The notes beneath the pieces were generated by a model. The model made no database searches and was not told where the DNA came from. It saw only the letters and a program-made list of their open reading frames with translations. Of a DNA stretch of 53,123 nt, positions 8,345-19,150 are shown piece after piece. The first letter of the stretch is position 1; each line of letters opens with the position of its first letter. Made by a program: the position numbers and the translations under genes. This DNA is from Spirochaetaceae bacterium (lineage in GTDB: Bacteria; Spirochaetota; Spirochaetia; DSM-27196; PWMO01), in the NCBI GenBank assembly GCA_046541715.1, contig JBKHCS010000006.1, forward strand, positions 1-53,123, written 5' to 3'.

Positions 8345-10772
8345 TCTTTGCGCCCTCTGTGAATAGATGAATTTGTCCCGGAACGATGCTTCGTCTCCGC
8401 TTCCGGCTCGGAAAGAACATTGCCTCGGGAAAAAGGAGTTGAAGGGCTTCCAGAACGGTGTCAGCATAGTGCAATTGGAGCTGCTTGGCTACCTCACGGG
8501 GAAGCTCATCAGCGTCCTTTCGGTTGACCCCCGGAAGGAGAATGTTGCCGACGTTGTGCCGGTGGGCGGCGAGGCACTTCTCCTTAATGCCCCCCACGGG
8601 CAGAACCCGTCCGGTGAGGGTAATCTCGCCGGTCATGGCGAAATCACCCCGCGGAACCTCTCCGACGAGGGCTGAGAGAATGGAGATTACCAGGGTGATT
8701 CCCGCGGAGGGACCGTCTTTCGGTATGGCGCCTTCGGGAACGTGTATATGAATGTCCCGGGAGGCCAGGCTGGGTATCTCGCTGCTGAAGTACTCCCGGC
8801 AGGAGCGCAGATAAGAGAGGGCGGTCCTGGCGCTCTCTTTCATCACCTCTCCGAGGTTACCGGTGAGAATGAGCTCTCCCTTGCCCTTATAGAGCACCGT
8901 TTCGATCGGTAGGAGCATGCCGCCCATTTCGGTCCATGCTAATCCGTTGGCCAGGCCAACCCGGGGCTCGGCGTAGAGGAGGGAGCGCTCGTACTTCGGG
9001 TTTCCGAGGCTCTGCTTAACGAGTTTCGGGGTTACCTGCTTCTTGAACCCCTCCACGTCGATCTTCTCCGCCGCTGACGCCTTTCGGGCGAGCTTGCGGA
9101 TCACTCCGGAAATCTCTCGCTCCAGGTTCCGAACGCCGGACTCCATGGTGTAGTTGCGAATAATATCGAGGAGGGCGTTCTTCTGAAAGGTAATATGCGC
9201 CTTTTCTAATCCGTGCTCTCGCAGCTGTTTCGGCACGATAAACTGGTTTGCGATGTGGAGCTTTTCGATCTCCGAGTAGCCGGGGATCTCGATCACCTCC
9301 ATGCGGTCCCGCAAGGGCCAGGGGATGGTGTGCAGGGAGTTGGCGGTGGTGACGAAGAGCACCTCCGAGAGGTCGTAGGAAAGCTCCAGGTAGTGGTCCA
9401 CAAAGGTCTTGTTCTGCTCCGGATCGAGGACCTCGAGCATGGCGCTCGCCGGGTCTCCGCGAAAGTCGGAACTCATCTTGTCGATCTCGTCGAGGAGAAA
9501 GAGGGGGTTCCGGCTCTTCGCCTTTCGGATGGACTGAATAATCTTGCCCGGGAGCGCGCCGACGTAGGTTCTTCGGTGGCCGCGAATCTCCGCCTCGTCT
9601 CGGACGCCGCCGAGGGAGATGCGAACGAACTCTCGGCCCAGGGCGCGGGCGAGGGACTGGCCGAGGGAGGTCTTGCCGGTGCCGGGGGGGCCGACGAAAC
9701 AGAGAATAGGCCCTTTGAGATGGCCGTTCAGCTTGCGTACGGCGATGTAGTCGAGAATGCGATCCTTCGGCTTCTGCATGTCGTAGTGATCCTCATCGAG
9801 GATCCTGGTGGCGACGCCGATGTCGAGTTGCTCTTCGCTCTTTTCGAACCAGGGGAGCTCGATGAGCCAGTCGAGATAGGTCCGAATGATGCCCGCCTCG
9901 GGAGAGATGGGCTGCAGCTTTCGTAGCCGTCCGAGCTCCTTCTCTACCCGCTCCCGCACCGCCTCCGGGAGCTTCTTCTCCTTCAGGGCGCTCTCGATCT
10001 CCTTGGCGCCGGTAAGGTCCTCCTCCTCCTCCTGGCCGAGCTCCTTGTTGAGCTCCTTGACCTGTTCCTTGAGGTAGTAGTCCCGCTGCCCCTTTTCCAT
10101 CCGCTTCTGAACCCGCACGGAGATCTGCCGCTTTAGCTCGAAGACCTCGATCTCCGTGTTGAGCGCCACCGCGAGGTCCTCCAGGCGCGGCTTGACGCCG
10201 GGGCGCTCGAGGAGGTCGTTCTTCTTTTCCAGGGGAAGGGCGACGTTGGTCGCCACCAGATAGATGAGGCGCTCCGGGTCGTCCGCCCGGGAGACCGCGC
10301 TCCTCGCATCTCGGGAGATCTTCTTGTTCACACCGGCGTACTGCTCAAAGGCGTCCTGAATGGTGCGAATGTAGGTTCGCAGGCTCTCCCCGGTGGGTAT
10401 GTTGACGCTCTCGATCGGATTGACCTTTGCGTAGATCGGCTCGCCGGACTCGTATCGGAGGACCGAGGCGCGCTTCTTTCCTTCTATGAGAATTCGCAGG
10501 GAACCGTCCGGGAGCTTCATCATTTGGAGAATGTGAGCAACGGTTCCTGACTTGTAGAGCTCCGCGGTGGATGGTTGCACCACCGGGCGGGTCTGGGAGA
10601 CGACGAAGATTTGCCGATCCCGGTTCATCGCCTCCTGCACCGCCTGGACGGCGGGCTTACGGTTGACGAAAACCGGAATCGTCGTAGTGGGGTAGAGGAT
10701 GCTCTCCTTGAGCGGGAGCACCGGGAAGGTTGACCCCTCTTCCCGGTTCATCACCTTGTCCAGAAGCTTCAT
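8328..10772 (-). CDS. lon: ATP-dependent protease La
   Basis: Lon N domain, GPPGTGKT, LLDEIDK, PKDGPSAG (catalytic Ser), GGIKEK. Confidence 0.97.
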   Translation of the reverse strand: MKLLDKVMNREEGSTFPVLPLKESILYPTTTIPVFVNRKPAVQAVQEAMNRDRQIFVVSQTRPVVQPSTAELYKSGTVAHILQMMKLPDGSLRILIEGKKRASVLRYESGEPIYAKVNPIESVNIPTGESLRTYIRTIQDAFEQYAGVNKKISRDARSAVSRADDPERLIYLVATNVALPLEKKNDLLERPGVKPRLEDLAVALNTEIEVFELKRQISVRVQKRMEKGQRDYYLKEQVKELNKELGQEEEEDLTGAKEIESALKEKKLPEAVRERVEKELGRLRKLQPISPEAGIIRTYLDWLIELPWFEKSEEQLDIGVATRILDEDHYDMQKPKDRILDYIAVRKLNGHLKGPILCFVGPPGTGKTSLGQSLARALGREFVRISLGGVRDEAEIRGHRRTYVGALPGKIIQSIRKAKSRNPLFLLDEIDKMSSDFRGDPASAMLEVLDPEQNKTFVDHYLELSYDLSEVLFVTTANSLHTIPWPLRDRMEVIEIPGYSEIEKLHIANQFIVPKQLREHGLEKAHITFQKNALLDIIRNYTMESGVRNLEREISGVIRKLARKASAAEKIDVEGFKKQVTPKLVKQSLGNPKYERSLLYAEPRVGLANGLAWTEMGGMLLPIETVLYKGKGELILTGNLGEVMKESARTALSYLRSCREYFSSEIPSLASRDIHIHVPEGAIPKDGPSAGITLVISILSALVGEVPRGDFAMTGEITLTGRVLPVGGIKEKCLAAHRHNVGNILLPGVNRKDADELPREVAKQLQLHYADTVLEALQLLFPEAMFFPSRKRRRSIVPGQIHLFTEGAKSETSG

Positions 10773-10782
10773 GGAAGCGACC

Positions 10783-12024
10783 TCAGGCGGACTTCTGGAT
10801 AACGCTGACTTCCGGCTTCTCGGAGTTCTCCACTACCTCTCGCGTGATTACTACCCGTTTCTTACCCTCCATTGAAGGCAACTCGAACATGATCTCCATC
10901 ATTATGCTCTCGACTATCGCTCGCAGTCCCCGGGCGCCGGTCTTTCGGCTCATGGCGAGGGTCGCCATAGCCTGAATCGCCTCGTCCTCGAATACGAGGT
11001 CGACCTCGTCGAGCTTGAGAGAGGCTTGGTACTGGCGCAGGATGGAGTTCTTCGGCTCCTTGAGGATGCGCTCCAGGTCGGTGACATCGAGGTCGCTGAG
11101 GGTAACGCTAATGGGAAGCCGTCCGACAAACTCCGGAATTAGGCCGAATCGAACCATGTCCTCCGGGTGGAGGTGCTTGAAGAGCTCGACGATGTCCTTT
11201 TCCTTGGTCGCTTTGACGTCGGCGCCAAATCCCATGGGCTGTTTCGAGACCCGCGCTTCGACGATTTTGTCGAGGCCCACGAAGGCTCCCCCGACGATAA
11301 AGAGAATATTGTCGGTGTTGATCCGAATCATCTCCTGGCTCGGATGCTTTCGGCCTCCCTGGGGAGGGACGGAGGCGACGGTGCCCTCGATAATCTTGAG
11401 GAGCGCCTGCTGTACGCCCTCACCGGAGACGTCCCGGGTAATGGAGGCGTTCTCGCTCTTTCGGGCGATCTTGTCGATCTCGTCGATGTAGATTATGCCG
11501 CGCTCGGTGGCGGCGATATTGCCGCCGGCGTTCTGATAGAGCTTGAGGAGGATGTTCTCCACATCCTCACCGACGTATCCCGCTTCGGTGAGCGTGGTGG
11601 CGTCGGCGATGGCGAAGGGGACTTTCAGCTTCTGGGCGAGGGTCTTTGCGAGCAGGGTCTTGCCGGTTCCGGTAGAGCCTATCATGAGAACGTTGGATTT
11701 CTCGATTTCCACATCCTCTTCGATTCGGCTCTTCTGGGTAATCCGCTTGTAGTGATTGTAGACCGCAACGGAGAGCACCTTCTTGGCCGCCTCCTGCCCC
11801 ACCACGTAGAGATCGAGGTACTCCTTGATCTCCCGGGGCGAGGGAACGCTCTCCATGAATTCCGAGGTGAGAATGTCATCCTCTTCGTCGATAATGCGCT
11901 TACAGACGTTGACGCACTCGTCGCATATATATACCCCGGGGCCCGCAATGAGACGACGCGCCAACTCCGCCTTCTTACCACAGAAGGAGCACGATTTGCC
12001 GCTTTCGCTGCGCTGTTTGATCAT
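10783..12024 (-). CDS. clpX: ClpX ATPase
   Basis: CSFCGK...CDEC zinc finger, [29 protein letters not shown] 12024 overlaps the clpP stop (ATGA). Confidence 0.97.
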   Translation of the reverse strand: MIKQRSESGKSCSFCGKKAELARRLIAGPGVYICDECVNVCKRIIDEEDDILTSEFMESVPSPREIKEYLDLYVVGQEAAKKVLSVAVYNHYKRITQKSRIEEDVEIEKSNVLMIGSTGTGKTLLAKTLAQKLKVPFAIADATTLTEAGYVGEDVENILLKLYQNAGGNIAATERGIIYIDEIDKIARKSENASITRDVSGEGVQQALLKIIEGTVASVPPQGGRKHPSQEMIRINTDNILFIVGGAFVGLDKIVEARVSKQPMGFGADVKATKEKDIVELFKHLHPEDMVRFGLIPEFVGRLPISVTLSDLDVTDLERILKEPKNSILRQYQASLKLDEVDLVFEDEAIQAMATLAMSRKTGARGLRAIVESIMMEIMFELPSMEGKKRVVITREVVENSEKPEVSVIQKSA

Positions 12025-12635
12025 GCTGATTCGCTGTTCCCCCCTCGAACAAGTACTTCGTCTACTATCCCATATTCTACACTCTCCTGGGCGGACATGA
12101 AATAGTCTCGTTCGAGATCGGAAGCGATTTTCGCCTCGGTTTGGCCGGTATGCTGGGCAAAATAGCTGATAAGCATCTCTTTGAGGCGTAGGATTTCCCG
12201 AGCCTGGATGCCGATATCGCTCGCCTGCCCCTGTACGCCGCCCCACGGCTGATGAATCAGGATTCTGGAAGAGGGTAGGGCCCGTCGTTTGCCCGGGGCA
12301 CCGCTGGCGAGCAGAATAGCCGCCATCGAGGCTGCCTGCCCCATGCAAATGGTGGAAACGTCCGGCTTTATGTACTGAATCGTGTCGTAGATCGCCAGCC
12401 CCGCGGTGACCGAGCCACCGGGAGAGTTGATGTAAAGGTTTATGTCCTTCTCCGGGTCCTGGCTCTCGAGAAAGAGAAGCTGCGCCACAATGAGGTCGGA
12501 GGTTACGTCGTGAATAGTGCCGTCGAGAAAGACGATCCTATCTTTGAGGAGCCGAGAGTAGATGTCGTAGGAGCGTTCTCCCGCCCCGGTCTGCTCCACT
12601 ACGATGGGGACGAGGTTACTGTTTCGTGTGTCCAT
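12021..12635 (-). CDS. clpP: ClpP protease subunit
   Basis: [28 protein letters not shown]. Start at 12635 or 12650. Confidence 0.97.
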   Translation of the reverse strand: MDTRNSNLVPIVVEQTGAGERSYDIYSRLLKDRIVFLDGTIHDVTSDLIVAQLLFLESQDPEKDINLYINSPGGSVTAGLAIYDTIQYIKPDVSTICMGQAASMAAILLASGAPGKRRALPSSRILIHQPWGGVQGQASDIGIQAREILRLKEMLISYFAQHTGQTEAKIASDLERDYFMSAQESVEYGIVDEVLVRGGNSESA

Positions 12636-12663
12636 GTGCTCTTTCCGCATATCCCGCGTGAAG

Positions 12664-14016
12664 TTACTGATTTCCCTGCATCAAGTCCAGGAAGCTCTGC
12701 TTCTTGCCTTTCTTGACGCTGTTCTTCTCAAACAGCTCGTCGAAGAGCTTGCGCTCGGCGAGGTCCTGCTTGATGTAATCCAACATGTTGTTGTTCTTGT
12801 AATACTCCAGCGCCTCTTCGGCGTTGGCACCGGACTCCTCCGCCCGTTTCTTGAGATCCGCTTCCGCCTCTTCCTCGGAGATCTCGATACCTGCCTGGTC
12901 GATAAGCTTCTGTACGATGAGCCGCCGCCGGAGCTGCTTTTCCGCTCCCTCCCGCCACTCGGCGAGTATGTCCGCCTTGCTCTTTCCCTGGATCTGGAGA
13001 AGCTGTTCTACCTGTTCCTCGCTGCCCCCATACTGCCCGACGAAATTCTGCCACATGCCGGCGAGCTCCGCATAGACCATGGATTCAGGCACCGCGACCT
13101 TACTGTTCTCCTCGATCTTTGCCATGAGGTTGTCCACCTTCCGTTCTCGGATCCGTTGCTCCGCCGACTTTTCTAACCGTTCTCGTATCTCCTTCTTGAG
13201 GTCCTCTAAGGAGTCGTACTTCTCGCTGATGTCCTGGGCGAGCTCATCGTCGATCTCCGGTAGCTGCCGCTCCTTGATGAGTTTGCAGGTCACTTTGAGC
13301 TTCTTCTTCTTACCTCGCAGCTCCTCGAACTCGAACTCCTCGGGGTACTCCTTCTCAATAACCTTCTGCTCGCCGGCTTTCATTCCGATGACCTCATCAT
13401 CGATCCGGTAGAGGTTGTAGCCGCTGCCCACGGTGAAAACGAAGTCCTCCCGCTTGGTATCCTCGACCTCGTTGCCCTGATCGTCGAGCTCTACGTAATC
13501 GATGGTGACGATGTTCTCCTTCTCGACGGTCCCGGAGTCCTTCTCCATCACGACGCTGTTCTGTTCCTGCAGCTGTTTGAGCTCCCGCTCCTCGTCTTCC
13601 TTCTTAATGGAAACCTGGGGCTCCTCGATGGTAAGGCCCGTGGTTTCGCCGACTTCTACATCCGGAAAGACGTCGTACTTGACCGTAAAAGTGAGGGGCT
13701 CCTCGGGCTCGAGATCGAGCTCTCCCTCGAGCTCCGGTTGAGCGTAGGGGAGGGGCTTCTCCTCTATCTCCTGAAAGACCTCCTGCAGGGCGGAGTCGAT
13801 AACCTTTTGGGCGGTCTCGACCTTGAAGCTATCCCCGAACTTGCGCTCGAGGACATTTCGAGGTACTTTGCCCTTGCGAAACCCCTTGATCTGTACGTTC
13901 TTGGCGTAACCGGCTAGGAGATCGTCGTACTCCCGCTTGACCTCTTCCTTCGGCACCGTCACCGTGAGACGAACGCTCGAGTTCTCCAGCTTTTCAACTT
14001 GCTTATCCGAAACCAT
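12664..14016 (-). CDS. tig: Trigger factor
   Basis: GFRKGKVP signature, FKBP domain, tig-clpP-clpX-lon synteny. Confidence 0.96.
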   Translation of the reverse strand: MVSDKQVEKLENSSVRLTVTVPKEEVKREYDDLLAGYAKNVQIKGFRKGKVPRNVLERKFGDSFKVETAQKVIDSALQEVFQEIEEKPLPYAQPELEGELDLEPEEPLTFTVKYDVFPDVEVGETTGLTIEEPQVSIKKEDEERELKQLQEQNSVVMEKDSGTVEKENIVTIDYVELDDQGNEVEDTKREDFVFTVGSGYNLYRIDDEVIGMKAGEQKVIEKEYPEEFEFEELRGKKKKLKVTCKLIKERQLPEIDDELAQDISEKYDSLEDLKKEIRERLEKSAEQRIRERKVDNLMAKIEENSKVAVPESMVYAELAGMWQNFVGQYGGSEEQVEQLLQIQGKSKADILAEWREGAEKQLRRRLIVQKLIDQAGIEISEEEAEADLKKRAEESGANAEEALEYYKNNNMLDYIKQDLAERKLFDELFEKNSVKKGKKQSFLDLMQGNQ

Positions 14017-14054
14017 CGATACACCTCTGTTTAAAGCTAACGACTACAGCTAAC

Positions 14055-14085
14055 AAAAAAGGCGATCCGGAATCCCAGATCGCCT
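14055..14085 (-). terminator. Intrinsic terminator after the tRNA operon
   Basis: Minus strand AGGCGATC-loop-GATCGCCT followed by a T-run. Confidence 0.8.
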
Positions 14086-14095
14086 CGGTCAGAAG

Positions 14096-14167
14096 AGCGG
14101 GAGACGGGATTCGAACCCGCGACATCCACCTTGGCAAGGTGGAGCTCTACCACTGAGCTACTCCCGC
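14096..14167 (-). tRNA. tRNA-Gly(GCC)
   Basis: Cloverleaf GCGGGAG...CTCCCGC, anticodon loop TT-GCC-AA, GTTCGAATC. Confidence 0.96.
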
Positions 14168-14219
14168 AATTCGGCGATCGGCGACAATACCGGCGGTGCC
14201 TTGCGGTCGCCCGGATAGG

Positions 14220-14301
<82 letters not shown>

Positions 14302-14360
14302 ACGGTATACCATCTTACAAAAACGTCGTCAATTACGTTTCTCAGACGGTTACGTGGGAT

Positions 14361-14433
14361 TGAGCCGTAGAGGGATCGAACCTCTGACCCGCAGATTAAG
14401 AGTCTGCTGCTCTACCAGCTGAGCTAACGGCCC
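14361..14433 (-). tRNA. tRNA-Lys(CTT)
   Basis: GGGCCGT acceptor, GCAGA-CT-CTT-AA-TCTGC. Confidence 0.96.
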
Positions 14434-14446
14434 ATTATATGAAATG

Positions 14447-14521
14447 TACGCCCGGCAGGATTCGAACCTGCGACCTGCGGATTCGAAGTCCGACGCTCTA
14501 TCCAAGCTGAGCTACGGGCGC
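14447..14521 (-). tRNA. tRNA-Arg(TCG)
   Basis: GCGCCCG acceptor, CT-TCG-AA loop, GTTCGAATC. Confidence 0.95.
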
Positions 14522-14532
14522 AAAATCCGGCG

Positions 14533-14605
14533 GGTGGATGACGGGACTTGAACCCGCAACAACCAGATCCACAATCTGGTGCTCTACCTTTGAACTACAT
14601 CCACC
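14533..14605 (-). tRNA. tRNA-His(GTG)
   Basis: Encoded G-1, GTGGATG acceptor, TT-GTG-GA loop, C discriminator. Confidence 0.96.
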
Positions 14606-14620
14606 ATTTTGCAGAAAGAA

Positions 14621-14724
14621 AGGATGCGAAAATCGCACTCGTTTGTCAACGCCCGCCGGCTGTCCGCCCTCTGCCGGAAATTAACTGAGCGGAAAGTATA
14701 CTCACGCCGGGATTCGGGCGTCAA
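14621..14724 (-). promoter_or_regulatory. Tandem sigma70 promoters of the tRNA operon
   Basis: TTGACG-18-TATACT (14724-14695) and TTGACA-17-CATCCT (14649-14621). Confidence 0.65.
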
Positions 14725-14730
14725 TTCGGT

Positions 14731-14754
14731 AGTATCAACAAGCCTGTTGATAAA
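14731..14754. repeat. 24-bp palindrome family, copy 1
   Basis: agtatcaacaagcctgttgataaa vs consensus ggtatcaacaagcttgttgatacc. Confidence 0.8.
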
Positions 14755-14844
14755 ACAGCGGTAACTCACGACAGTGCTGCACTTTAGACCCAAAAGCCGA
14801 TGCTCAATAGCGTATCGATAGTCCGGCGAACCATTTAGCCTTCG

Positions 14845-14868
14845 TAGATCAACAATCTTGTAGATACC
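14845..14868. repeat. 24-bp palindrome family, copy 2
   Basis: tagatcaacaatcttgtagatacc. Confidence 0.7.
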
Positions 14869-14873
14869 TCAGG

Positions 14874-15824
14874 TCAATTCGCCGAGGTCGGAACCAAGAC
14901 GAAATCGTATCCCCAGTACCGCGCCATCACCCTTCCGGGACGGTCGGACACCGGGGTAGGCACGCGGCCGGGGGCCGACTCACCGTCAGGCGTCCACTCC
15001 CCGGCGACTGTCGACCCGCCTTCGGCCGACGGCGAAAAGTAGACTGTCGCGATGCTAAACCATTCCTTGGGGCGAACCTCCGCGGGAACCGGTTCCGGAT
15101 CCGACACCCGGGCAAGGAAACTCCGCGGCCAGAAGAGCGCCACCGCCGCCTCGTCGTAACCGGGTTGCCGGGATCCATGTATATAAATGATCCGGTTCCC
15201 AAGAGTCCTTACCGACGCAGAGATCGGTCGCTGGTTTTTCCATGCCACGGCGATCCGGTCTATATGGTGGTCCGGCAGGGGCGGCCGGGAGCGGATTCTT
15301 CCGGAGCCGTAGAAGAAATCCCGGTAGTCGAAATCGGTTTCCCCTACCACAGCGAGCCACTCCTCGACGAAGGGGTCCCGAACCACGGCCAGATCTGCCA
15401 GCCATTCAGCGCGAATCTTATGGGGCCGCTCCTTCGTGTGGAAGAGAAACCCCAGATTGCTCAGGAGCATGGCAGGGGCCGGGTAGGGGGCAACGAGACG
15501 GTTGGGATAGACGATATGGAGATGGTAGAAATCCGAACGGCTCACCTGGTCGGCGTACCCCTGGGCGAGAATGCTGGCGATACCCAGCCGTGCAGCCGGG
15601 AGGGTATCCTCGAGGAGGCCGGCGGGATCTCGAAGGAGGCGCCCATCGGGGCCTATCTGTCGCCGGTAGTCCCGCTGGGGAGGTTCCGGCGTCGGCGATC
15701 GGATCTCCGAAAGCGTCGGGCAGGCGGCGAGGGTGGAGAGGAGAACGGCCGAGGCAAACACAGGGAACCGAAGCGTGGGCCGGGCCCGGCGGTCTCGCCG
15801 AGGCGGCCCTATCCGGAAGCCCAT
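14874..15824 (-). CDS. Hypothetical lipoprotein
   Basis: Basic N-terminus, hydrophobic core and lipobox LAAC. The upstream part of the 647-aa track ORF is an off-frame shadow of rarA. Confidence 0.65.
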   Translation of the reverse strand: MGFRIGPPRRDRRARPTLRFPVFASAVLLSTLAACPTLSEIRSPTPEPPQRDYRRQIGPDGRLLRDPAGLLEDTLPAARLGIASILAQGYADQVSRSDFYHLHIVYPNRLVAPYPAPAMLLSNLGFLFHTKERPHKIRAEWLADLAVVRDPFVEEWLAVVGETDFDYRDFFYGSGRIRSRPPLPDHHIDRIAVAWKNQRPISASVRTLGNRIIYIHGSRQPGYDEAAVALFWPRSFLARVSDPEPVPAEVRPKEWFSIATVYFSPSAEGGSTVAGEWTPDGESAPGRVPTPVSDRPGRVMARYWGYDFVLVPTSAN

Positions 15825-18025
15825 TCTGCGGTTAGGTACGCCACCGCGAAACTCCACTCGATCTCCCTGTTTCTCAGGCAGGCGCCGGCTGCGTCCAAGA
15901 GGGCCTCTTGCTCCTCCTCTTCCAGATGCGTTCCCAAGGCCCTCGCCAGGGGACCGGAGCTCTCGGGGGAAAGCCATTGGGAGAGAAGGGGACCTTCGAG
16001 GACGCGCTTTTCCGGGTAGCTTCGGATATCCACCCGAAGCTCGCGTCCTTCCGGGCCGGAAGACAATACCTCGAGGACGCCGGGGTTTAACCCGCCGGAG
16101 CCCTCGGCCGAGGCAAAGGTTGTCTGCTCCGCCGCCTCCAAAGCCGTTATCAGTGTCTCTTCCACGGGACAAGAGAGTTCCCGGAGCAGTTGTGAGAGGC
16201 CCGTCGATCTCCGGGGAACGCTTTCCGCTAGGACGATCCGTCCCCCCGGTGCCAGGGTCTCGAAGAGCTCCGCCAGCGTATTCCGGGGTTCCGGAGAGTA
16301 GGCGAGGTAGTTCCGGCCGACGATTCTTTCGAACTGATGGCCCGCGGTCGTCTCCGCCCCCGGCTCGAGAACAAGGGGACGCTCTATCTCCGGCACCTCG
16401 GCGGCCGCCCGGTGCAGGAGCGCCGTCTCGGCGTCGCTTCCGGCGGCATGGCGGACCACGACCACCCGCCCGGCGTGGGCCCGGCGATGTACCTCCGGAA
16501 GGAGGAGCTGGGGGGCCACGCCGAGAATCAGTACCCGGTGATGCGGTGCCACCTCGGCGGCCTCGAGGAGCCGTTCCTGGATCTTGGCCAGGCGTTCGAC
16601 CCGCTTGGAGGTGAGGCGGCGATACCAGCTCCCTCGATCGCCGAACCGGGGAGCCACGGCGTAGACGTCCTCCCCGGTATCCTCGGAGACGGCCGCCATT
16701 ACCAGCTCCCGACGCCGAAGAACATCGTTTCGCACCGTCGCTTCGTAGCCCTGGGTCGACGGCTCGTAGAACACCCTGCCTTCGAGGCTCTCCGGCAGGT
16801 AGCGTTGCTCGACCCAATGGTCGGCGTAGGCGTGGGGGTAGAGATAGCCGGCACCGTGTCCCATACCGGCGGCGTCGCGGTTCCCGTCCCGGAGGTGCCG
16901 GGGCACTTCCCCCTCCCGCTCCTTCTCGACGGCGGCAAGAGCATCGAAGTAGGAGAGGGTGGTATTCGACTTTTTAGCGGTTGCTAAGTAGAGAGCCGCT
17001 TCCGCGAGGTGGAACTGTCCCTCGGGCATCCCGACCCGGTCGAAGGCAGTGGCGGCTGCGTTGGCCACGACGAGGGCTTGGGGGTCCGCGAGGCCGATGT
17101 CCTCGGCGGCCATGATCAGCATCCTCCGGAGGATGTACCGGGGGTCTTCCCCGGCGGCTATCATCCGGGCCATCCAGTAAAGCGCCGCATCCGGGTCCGA
17201 CCCCCGAAGCGACTTGATAAACGCGCTTATCGAATCGAAGTGATAGTCCCCCTCCCGGTCGTAGAGGAGGGCCTTGCGCTGGATGCTGTCTTCCGCGACC
17301 GAGAGCGAGACGCGAATCTCCTCCCCCGGGGGCGGCGGAAAGCGCTCCGGGGTCGTCTCGACGGCCAGTTGCAGGGCGTTCAGCAGAACCCGGGCGTCTC
17401 CGTCGCTCACCTGGACGATATGCTCTAGGGCATCATCCTCTAAAACCACCCGGTACCGCCCGTAACCCCGCTCTTTGTCCTTTAGGGCGCTCCGGGCTAC
17501 CTCGGCCAGTTCCTCCTCCGAAAGCTTCTTGAGAAGGAAGATCCGGGACCGGGAGACCAGGGCGCTGTTGACCTCGAAGTAGGGGTTCTCCGTCGTCGCC
17601 CCGACGAGTATGACCGTTCCGTTTTCCACCCAGGGAAGGAGCGCATCCTGCTGCGCCTTGTTCCACCGGTGGACCTCGTCGACGAAGAGGATAGTCCTGC
17701 GACCCTGATGCTTCATCGCGTCTTCGGCCTCGGCGATCGCTTGGCGAACCTCCTTGACCCCGCTCAAGACCGCGTTGAGGGACCGGAAACGCCCCCGGGT
17801 GGTGTTGGCAATTACCTCGGCGAGAGTGGTCTTCCCTGAGCCCGGGGGGCCCGAGAGAATGATGGAAGAGAGCATGTCCCCCTGGATAGCCCGCCGGAGG
17901 AGCCTACCGGGGGCAAGGATGTGCTGTTGGCCGACATACTCGTCGATGCTTCGGGGGCGCATCCGCGCCGCCAAAGGCCGGCTACCCGGATCGGTTTCGA
18001 AAAGGTCTTGATCGGTCGGGCTCAC
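15809..18025 (-). CDS. rarA: RarA/MgsA AAA+ ATPase with a C-terminal SAM-methyltransferase-like extension
   Basis: [48 protein letters not shown], plus ~280 extra C-terminal residues. Confidence 0.9.
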   Translation of the reverse strand: MSPTDQDLFETDPGSRPLAARMRPRSIDEYVGQQHILAPGRLLRRAIQGDMLSSIILSGPPGSGKTTLAEVIANTTRGRFRSLNAVLSGVKEVRQAIAEAEDAMKHQGRRTILFVDEVHRWNKAQQDALLPWVENGTVILVGATTENPYFEVNSALVSRSRIFLLKKLSEEELAEVARSALKDKERGYGRYRVVLEDDALEHIVQVSDGDARVLLNALQLAVETTPERFPPPPGEEIRVSLSVAEDSIQRKALLYDREGDYHFDSISAFIKSLRGSDPDAALYWMARMIAAGEDPRYILRRMLIMAAEDIGLADPQALVVANAAATAFDRVGMPEGQFHLAEAALYLATAKKSNTTLSYFDALAAVEKEREGEVPRHLRDGNRDAAGMGHGAGYLYPHAYADHWVEQRYLPESLEGRVFYEPSTQGYEATVRNDVLRRRELVMAAVSEDTGEDVYAVAPRFGDRGSWYRRLTSKRVERLAKIQERLLEAAEVAPHHRVLILGVAPQLLLPEVHRRAHAGRVVVVRHAAGSDAETALLHRAAAEVPEIERPLVLEPGAETTAGHQFERIVGRNYLAYSPEPRNTLAELFETLAPGGRIVLAESVPRRSTGLSQLLRELSCPVEETLITALEAAEQTTFASAEGSGGLNPGVLEVLSSGPEGRELRVDIRSYPEKRVLEGPLLSQWLSPESSGPLARALGTHLEEEEQEALLDAAGACLRNREIEWSFAVAYLTAEWASG

Positions 18026-19101
18026 GTCCGCTCTTCGAGCTCTTCGATCTCCCCGGCAAGGCGCTCCCGCTCCTTCTCGAGGTCCGCCGCCTGACTACGC
18101 AGCTCCCGGATCTGCCGATCGAGGGCTTCCGTTTTCTTTTCCAATTCGCTCCGTCGGAGCGCCCGATTAAGATGCCGTTCTTCCCGGACCTTTGCGGCGA
18201 TCTCTCGGTCGAGACGCCGGGCGGCCTCGGATTCCTCCCTAATAGCCTCGGGGACCTCGTCCTTCTTGACCGTCCGGAGAATGCGCCGCCCTAGGTTCCG
18301 CAGCGTTTCGGCGAGATTCGCCTCCAGGGAGGCCTTCTGTCTTTCGAGGTTTGTCGGAGAGCCCTCCTCTGCTTCCTCCTCCCGGCGCTCCTCTCGGTGG
18401 TGATCGAGGTCTGCTTCGAGGGTCCTAATTTGTTCTTGGAGGGTATCGATTCTCTGCCGCTGATTCTCGTAAGGACGGGTGGCGGCGTTGAGTCCCGGGT
18501 CTTCGACGACGTCGGCAAAATCCGTCTCGACGATCCTCTTACCGACTTTGCGAAACTGTTTCTCGAGGGAGTGTTCCCGGCTCTGCTTGCGGCTCTTCAG
18601 CCAGGTCACCTTGCCCCGGGCAAGCATCCGGTCGAGGAACGGCTTCTCGTCGATATCCCGTTCCTCTTCGTCGAGCTCCCGCTCCACCTCTTCGAGGGTA
18701 CCGACCTCTCGCTCCAGCTCTTGAAAGAGCTCGGCGTAGGCATGGTCGATAAATGGGTTGTCTTGATACACCGAGAAGGCCGAACGGCCTATATCCTGAT
18801 AAAGGGGGGCCATTTCGTCTTCGATCGCTTGGACCCGAGACCGGGCATTGGCAATTTCTTGTTTAATGCCCGCCTGCCGGCGCTCTATCTCCGCGAGTTG
18901 GGAGAGTCGCCCCTGGATACCGGAGAGCCGCTTTTCGGCGTCCCGGACCGCCGCAAGGGCCGGGTCTTCCGGGTCGATGGGAAGGCTTGCAGCATTCGCG
19001 TACGCGAACGCGCCGATCGCCCGGAGAAGCTCACCTTGAGCTTCCTCGAGCTTCCGCTTCTCCTTTGACAAAGCCGTTATTCTCTCTTGGTAATCACCCA
19101 T
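18022..19101 (-). CDS. Long coiled-coil hypothetical protein
   Basis: E/R/L-rich heptads; GTGA overlap with rarA; own promoter. Confidence 0.8.
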   Translation of the reverse strand: MGDYQERITALSKEKRKLEEAQGELLRAIGAFAYANAASLPIDPEDPALAAVRDAEKRLSGIQGRLSQLAEIERRQAGIKQEIANARSRVQAIEDEMAPLYQDIGRSAFSVYQDNPFIDHAYAELFQELEREVGTLEEVERELDEEERDIDEKPFLDRMLARGKVTWLKSRKQSREHSLEKQFRKVGKRIVETDFADVVEDPGLNAATRPYENQRQRIDTLQEQIRTLEADLDHHREERREEEAEEGSPTNLERQKASLEANLAETLRNLGRRILRTVKKDEVPEAIREESEAARRLDREIAAKVREERHLNRALRRSELEKKTEALDRQIRELRSQAADLEKERERLAGEIEELEERT

Positions 19102-19113
19102 ACTCGCCGAGAA

Positions 19114-19142
19114 AGTGTAGGACCCTCGGATTGTACTGTCAA
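19114..19142 (-). promoter_or_regulatory. sigma70 promoter of the coiled-coil/rarA/lipoprotein unit
   Basis: TTGACA-17-TACACT, 12 nt before ATG 19101. Confidence 0.7.
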
Positions 19143-19150
19143 CAAACCGG

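Noticed and set aside
12025-12348. Apparent N-terminal extensions of clpX (also argF, rdgB, aroK, nqrE, nqrC, mutY)
   Set aside because: They overlap upstream genes in another frame; the conserved N-termini start later.
14304-14332. TTGACG-17-TATACC before tRNA-Leu
   Set aside because: The -10 ends only 2 nt before the mature tRNA 5' end, too close to yield an intact precursor.
15825-16817. N-terminal half of the 647-aa ORF 14874..16817
   Set aside because: R/G/P-rich off-frame shadow of rarA; only the part from ATG 15824 looks like a real protein.
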